Shown: piece by piece, positions 59,412 to 64,000 of the stretch
Layout: each line of letters opens with the position of its first letter
Position numbering within the stretch: the stretch's first letter is position 1
Source of the DNA: Flavobacteriaceae bacterium
GTDB lineage: Bacteria; Bacteroidota; Bacteroidia; Flavobacteriales; Flavobacteriaceae
Direction: 5' to 3'
DNA: 64,000 bases
NCBI GenBank assembly: GCA_034111625.1
Contig: JAWUWX010000007.1
Span: forward strand, 25,360 to 89,359
Notes under the pieces: generated by a model
Databases searched by the model: none
What the model saw: the letters and a program-made list of their open reading frames with translations, nothing else
What the model was told of the DNA's origin: nothing
Program-made: the position numbers and the translations under genes

Positions 59412-60818
59412 ATGAAAAAAGTTTTAAGTTTAGTTTTAGTTTCAGCATTAGGAGGAGCGATGACTCTAGGTGCTTATAAACTTTTTATTGAGAAAAAAGA
59501 TGTTGTTTATGAACAAGGGATCGATGAGAGTTTGCATAATTTTCAGACCGGTTTTACGAATTCTCCAATGTCGATTACAGAAGCAACAGATTTTACAGAA
59601 GCTTCAGAAAAAACATTGAGTACCGTTGTACACGTTAAGAATAAGTCAATTTCGACTTCGAGAAATTCTCTTGAAAAAATGTTTTATGGTTCTAGTCTAG
59701 GAAAACAACGAGTTCAGATAGGGTTTGGAAGTGGCGTTATAGTTTCATCTGACGGATATATTATTACTAATAATCATGTAATAAATGGAGCCAGTGATAT
59801 AGAGATTACATTGAATGATAAAAAATCATATAAAGCGGAACTTATCGGTACTGATGTTACCAATGATATCGCATTGGTAAAAATTGATGCAATTGACCTT
59901 CCATATATTACATTTGGAGATTCTGATAACGTGAGAGTCGGAGAATGGGTCTTGGCAGTTGGAAATCCATATAATTTAACAGCTACTGTTACTGCTGGAA
60001 TTATAAGTGCTAAAGGAAGAGACTTATTAAGTAAAAATAATACTACAGAATCTTATATTCAAACTGATGCTGTAGTGAACTCTGGAAATAGTGGAGGAGC
60101 ACTAGTGAATACTCATGGAGAATTGATAGGTATTAATACTATGATTACTTCAACAACGGGTTCATATATAGGATATTCGTTTGCAGTTCCTTCTAATATT
60201 GCAAAAAAAGTAATCGAAGATATTATGGAATTTGGTAATGTTCAACGTGCCTTTATTGGAATTAATTATAGAGAATTGGACGGGAATGTCAATAAAGATT
60301 TTAATGTGACGAATACTGAAGGAGTGATAATTACCAATGTATTGGAAGAAAGTGGAGCGAAAAAGGCTGGTATTAAAATTAATGATATTATTGTAAAAGC
60401 CAATAATGTTGAGGTATCTACATTTGCAGACTTAAGCGGTTTTTTAAGTTCCAAAAGACCTGGCGATGTTATAGATTTTACGATTATACGAAACGGAAGC
60501 CAAAGTGTCATTCCTGTAGAATTATATAAAAACGAAACAACTACTGTAAACCGTTTAGGATTGAACTTGGAACCGTTAAGTTCTTCAGAATTAAAGATCC
60601 ATAAATTGAAACAAGGAGTTAAAATATCGGGCATTAATAATCCAAAACTAGAGTATCTAGGATTAAAAAGAGGTCAGATTATTACAGGAATTAATGGACA
60701 AGTAATTAATACAGTAGAAGATGTAAGTTCTCTTGTGAATAATTTAAATTCTCAAAGCAGACTTGTACTTGAAGTTCTTAGTGAAAATGGAGTCAGAGAG
60801 CGTTATATTTATCAATAA
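59412..60818 (+). CDS. degP: HtrA/DegP family serine protease with two PDZ domains
   Basis: GSGVIV, TNNHV, DIAL and GNSGGAL catalytic motifs; PDZ domains. Confidence 0.92.
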   Translation: MKKVLSLVLVSALGGAMTLGAYKLFIEKKDVVYEQGIDESLHNFQTGFTNSPMSITEATDFTEASEKTLSTVVHVKNKSISTSRNSLEKMFYGSSLGKQRVQIGFGSGVIVSSDGYIITNNHVINGASDIEITLNDKKSYKAELIGTDVTNDIALVKIDAIDLPYITFGDSDNVRVGEWVLAVGNPYNLTATVTAGIISAKGRDLLSKNNTTESYIQTDAVVNSGNSGGALVNTHGELIGINTMITSTTGSYIGYSFAVPSNIAKKVIEDIMEFGNVQRAFIGINYRELDGNVNKDFNVTNTEGVIITNVLEESGAKKAGIKINDIIVKANNVEVSTFADLSGFLSSKRPGDVIDFTIIRNGSQSVIPVELYKNETTTVNRLGLNLEPLSSSELKIHKLKQGVKISGINNPKLEYLGLKRGQIITGINGQVINTVEDVSSLVNNLNSQSRLVLEVLSENGVRERYIYQ

Positions 60819-60840
60819 AAAGTTATGCGCTTCAATACTT

Positions 60841-60871
60841 AAAGCCGATACAATATGTATCGGTTTTTTTT
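60841..60871 (+). terminator. intrinsic terminator
   Basis: AAAGCCGATACA / TGTATCGGTTTTTT. Confidence 0.85.
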
Positions 60872-60946
60872 ATTAATATAAGTCTACGAAAACGTTTTAG
60901 TTTTCATAAGTTTGCAGGAAATTTATAAATTTTTAATTCAAAAACA

Positions 60947-62386
60947 ATGGATGAAAAAACATACGAGCAAGAATTAACTTTCCAGACAGATAGGAGAAGA
61001 GCTTCTGTTGAATTTATTAAGTTGATTAGTGATTTATGGTATGATAATACTATAGAATTGGTGATGTTTAGAAACCAATTGATTGATAGAAATGTAAGTG
61101 AAATATTAAACTTACTGGAGTACGCTACAGAATTTGTTGGTAAATCAATATCAATTTTTGATGCAGTTGAAATTACAAGGACGATTAAGCAATTGAATTT
61201 ACCTCCATCTAAACTTGACATAGGAAAATTGGTTTATGAATATCAGATGGATAGTTCTGATAATATTTATAAGTTTTTAAGTGTAAAATTAAAAGATGCA
61301 CATAATACAGACTTAATAAAGCCTAAAGATGTGATTCTTTATGGTTTTGGTAGAATAGGAAGGTTGGTTGCAAGAGAATTAATGAGTAAGACTGGAAAGG
61401 GTCAGCAAATGCGTTTAAGAGCTATTGTTACTAGAGGAAAAATCGATGAAACTGTTTTAGAAAAAAGAGCTTCACTGTTAAAAAGTGATTCTGTACATGG
61501 TGATTTTTCTGGGACAGTACGTATTGATGTGGAAAAAAAGGCATTGGTAATTAATGGTACAACTGTACATATTATTTCTGCAAATGCTCCAGAGGAGATT
61601 GATTATACACAATATGGAATAAGTGATGCTTTGGTAATTGATAATACAGGTGCTTTTAGAGATAAAGAGGCTTTGAGCCGTCACTTGGTTGCTACTGGTG
61701 TTGATAAAGTTTTATTAACCGCTCCAGGAAAAGGGATTCCTAATATCGTTTATGGCGTGAATCATCTTGAGCATACCTCAGAAACTACAGATATATTTTC
61801 TGCAGCTTCTTGTACTACCAATGCTATTACACCTATTTTAAAAGTTATTGAAGATAATTTTGGAGTAATAAATGGACATCTTGAAACGATTCATGCATAT
61901 ACTAATGATCAGAATTTGGTTGATAATATGCATAGCAAATACCGTCGAGGTAGAGCAGCAGCATTAAACATGGTTATTACTGAAACTGGAGCAGGAAAAG
62001 CAGTTTCTAAAGCCTTACCATCTCTGGAGGGAAAATTAACTTCCAATGCGATCAGAGTTCCTGTCCCTAACGGATCATTGGCAATATTGAATTTGCAATT
62101 AAAAAAATCAGCAAGTTTGGATACTATAAATTCTATAATGAAAGAATATGCTTTAGAAGGTGATCTTGTAGAGCAAATAAAGTATTCATTGGATAATGAA
62201 TTGGTTTCTTCAGATATCGTTGGGTCATCTGCTCCAGCAATTTATGACAGTAATGCGACTATTTCAACTGAAGATGGAAAGACAGTTGTATTATATATAT
62301 GGTATGATAATGAATATGGATATAGTCATCAAGTGATCAGATTGGCAAAACATATTTCTAAAGTAAAACGTTTTACGTATTATTAA
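60947..62386 (+). CDS. gap: glyceraldehyde-3-phosphate dehydrogenase, long form with N-terminal extension
   Basis: GFGRIGR, SAASCTTN and WYDNEYGYS motifs; about 125-aa N-terminal extension. Confidence 0.95.
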   Translation: MDEKTYEQELTFQTDRRRASVEFIKLISDLWYDNTIELVMFRNQLIDRNVSEILNLLEYATEFVGKSISIFDAVEITRTIKQLNLPPSKLDIGKLVYEYQMDSSDNIYKFLSVKLKDAHNTDLIKPKDVILYGFGRIGRLVARELMSKTGKGQQMRLRAIVTRGKIDETVLEKRASLLKSDSVHGDFSGTVRIDVEKKALVINGTTVHIISANAPEEIDYTQYGISDALVIDNTGAFRDKEALSRHLVATGVDKVLLTAPGKGIPNIVYGVNHLEHTSETTDIFSAASCTTNAITPILKVIEDNFGVINGHLETIHAYTNDQNLVDNMHSKYRRGRAAALNMVITETGAGKAVSKALPSLEGKLTSNAIRVPVPNGSLAILNLQLKKSASLDTINSIMKEYALEGDLVEQIKYSLDNELVSSDIVGSSAPAIYDSNATISTEDGKTVVLYIWYDNEYGYSHQVIRLAKHISKVKRFTYY

Positions 62387-62485
62387 TAGAACTAAATAAT
62401 AATTTAAAGCCGAAATAATTTTTTTTATACGTGTAATAGTTGATTCATAAGTTGTAAATTTGAGGTTAATAAAAACCTATATTTC

Positions 62486-63082
62486 ATGAAAAATGTATCT
62501 CTATTTTTTATGCTAATTGCATTTGTAATCCAAATAGTTGCTCAAGAAGAAAAATCTATGGATGATCTACCTTATTATGAAGTTCCAGAATATTATAAAA
62601 CATATACAGTGGGAACCGTATCAGCAAGAATGATTGATGGATTGGGGTTTCGATATAGATGGTCAACAGAGGATTTAAGAGAAGAGGATTTAGTATATAG
62701 ACCAAGTGAAGGTGCCAGAACAGTGTTAGAAACGATAGATCACGTTTATGAGCTTTCAAAAATAATAGTAAATACAGTCAGTGAAGTGCCGACAGATTTT
62801 ACAATAGAACGTTCAGAATTATCTTATATAGAGAAAAGAACTCAGACCCTTGAGAACTTTAAGAAAGCAAGTGGTATTCTAAAAGAAATAAAAGATTTAG
62901 AGGAACTTAAAATTAAGTTTGTTTCAAAGAATGGTTCAAGTGAATATCCCTTTTGGGATTTAATAAACGGACCTATAGAAGATGCTGTATGGCATTCAGG
63001 TCAGTTGGTTTCTTTCAGACGTTCGTCAGGAAATCCAATGAATCCAAAAGTGAATTTTTTAACTGGAAAAGTCAGAGATTAA
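62486..63082 (+). CDS. exported DinB-like protein
   Basis: Signal peptide; YRPSEGARTV.ETI.H and DAVWHSGQL motifs. Confidence 0.7.
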   Translation: MKNVSLFFMLIAFVIQIVAQEEKSMDDLPYYEVPEYYKTYTVGTVSARMIDGLGFRYRWSTEDLREEDLVYRPSEGARTVLETIDHVYELSKIIVNTVSEVPTDFTIERSELSYIEKRTQTLENFKKASGILKEIKDLEELKIKFVSKNGSSEYPFWDLINGPIEDAVWHSGQLVSFRRSSGNPMNPKVNFLTGKVRD

Positions 63083-64000
63083 TCGCTTTTTACTTTCAAG
63101 TTTTTTCAACTGCCTCTCTAGAAATGGAGAAGATAAGAATGTGAAGCTATTGGAAATAATTCCGTCATCATTAATCAATATCGTTCTAGGTTGTAAACTT
63201 GTAATGTATTTTTTAGCACTGCTATGTTCAGTAAGAATATATTGGTTCTCTAATGCCTTGTTAACCTTTGAGTCTTTATTAGGATGAATATTGATTCCTA
63301 CAAAAAGTAATGAAGGGTGATTTTTTTGCAATTTTTTCACTCTTTTTATAAGAATGTCTTGACTCATCATTTCAGGAGACCAGAAATAAATCACAGTTTT
63401 TTTATTTTTTATAACCGATTTAATATTTGTCCTTGAATTATTCAATGATATTAGTTCGAAATTTTCTAGAGGCTTCTGTGCCTTTATACTTTCGCAGTCA
63501 GCAGCCAATTTTTGAATTCTATCAATTTGGTACTTATCGGTAGAATTCGCAATAAATATTTCTAATGCCTTTTTATTAATAGAACAAGAGGTCTGATTCT
63601 CTCTAAAATCATTATAAATGGCTTGATATAATAATTCGTTTTTAAATTTCTCAATTGTAATTTTTTCAATAATAGTATTTAAAAGATTTGTCGTTAAATT
63701 ATTTTCTTCATCAGAATAATTTTTGGAATATGCCAGATTATACAATTGGCTACTTACATAATTATGATATGTAAAAAAAGAAAGTAAACTCTCATTATTA
63801 AGATTGATATCCTTTCTGTAATCATAATAAGATTTAGAAACTTCAGGAAATGAATCAAGATGTATTCTGTTCTTATGAATATATGGATACATTTCTTTAC
63901 GTCGGTAAATTGGGTAATTTACCGAAACGTCTGCCAGTTTTTCAAAACCTTCTGACAATTCTATTCCAGAATTTTTTAACTGAGTGTATTGTCCTAAATT
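63059..64000 (-). CDS. TlpA/thioredoxin-like C-domain protein, 5' end outside window
   Basis: Frame stays open to base 64000 (NLGQYTQLKNSGIEL...). C-terminal VIYFWS...VGIN...PRTILIN thioredoxin fold lacks CxxC. Confidence 0.7.
   Translation of the reverse strand, partial: NLGQYTQLKNSGIELSEGFEKLADVSVNYPIYRRKEMYPYIHKNRIHLDSFPEVSKSYYDYRKDINLNNESLLSFFTYHNYVSSQLYNLAYSKNYSDEENNLTTNLLNTIIEKITIEKFKNELLYQAIYNDFRENQTSCSINKKALEIFIANSTDKYQIDRIQKLAADCESIKAQKPLENFELISLNNSRTNIKSVIKNKKTVIYFWSPEMMSQDILIKRVKKLQKNHPSLLFVGINIHPNKDSKVNKALENQYILTEHSSAKKYITSLQPRTILINDDGIISNSFTFLSSPFLERQLKKLESKKRLISDFSS

Noticed and set aside
60947-61320. N-terminal extension on GAPDH
   Set aside because: The long-form GAPDH subfamily is already known.
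1-64000. tRNA/rRNA genes, prophage, integrase or defence-system genes; remaining short ORFs in the track
   Set aside because: None recognised by eye. The other 60-130 aa ORFs overlap well-supported genes on the opposite strand or in another frame.

Overview
AT-rich bacterial chromosomal segment from Bacteroidota, most likely a marine Flavobacteriaceae. This rests on TAnnTTTG promoters, a T9SS C-terminal-domain protein and the typical gene order. Most of the window is housekeeping: gltA end, ctlX, PspC/PadR, htpG, fabH, rnz, pyrB/pyrR, aroE, psd/cdsA, ftsH, rsfS, birA, prmC, ribD, dnaA, mltG, dapF, degP and gap. The standout is a ~5.8 kb insert between dapF and the HtrA protease gene. It holds a decayed, internally deleted IS5-family element and a 73-bp-period duplicated upstream region with a canonical promoter. 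It then encodes a 916-aa extremely acidic coiled-coil surface lipoprotein with mirrored Ala-rich heptad-repeat arms around a central globular insert, and a BT1926-like outer-membrane barrel fused to TSP3 Ca-binding repeats and an OmpA peptidoglycan-binding domain. This looks like a flavobacterial version of the Bacteroides BT1927/BT1926 S-layer locus, with a cell-wall-anchored barrel and no adjacent invertase. Also found: four microproteins (three missed by the ORF track) in the SPFH-RHH operon, a three-hairpin orphan sRNA candidate, a small ECF-sigma regulon readable from promoter motifs, and a hypothetical protein with PI3K/HipA-like kinase motifs. Family assignments come from recalled motifs; no database searches were run.
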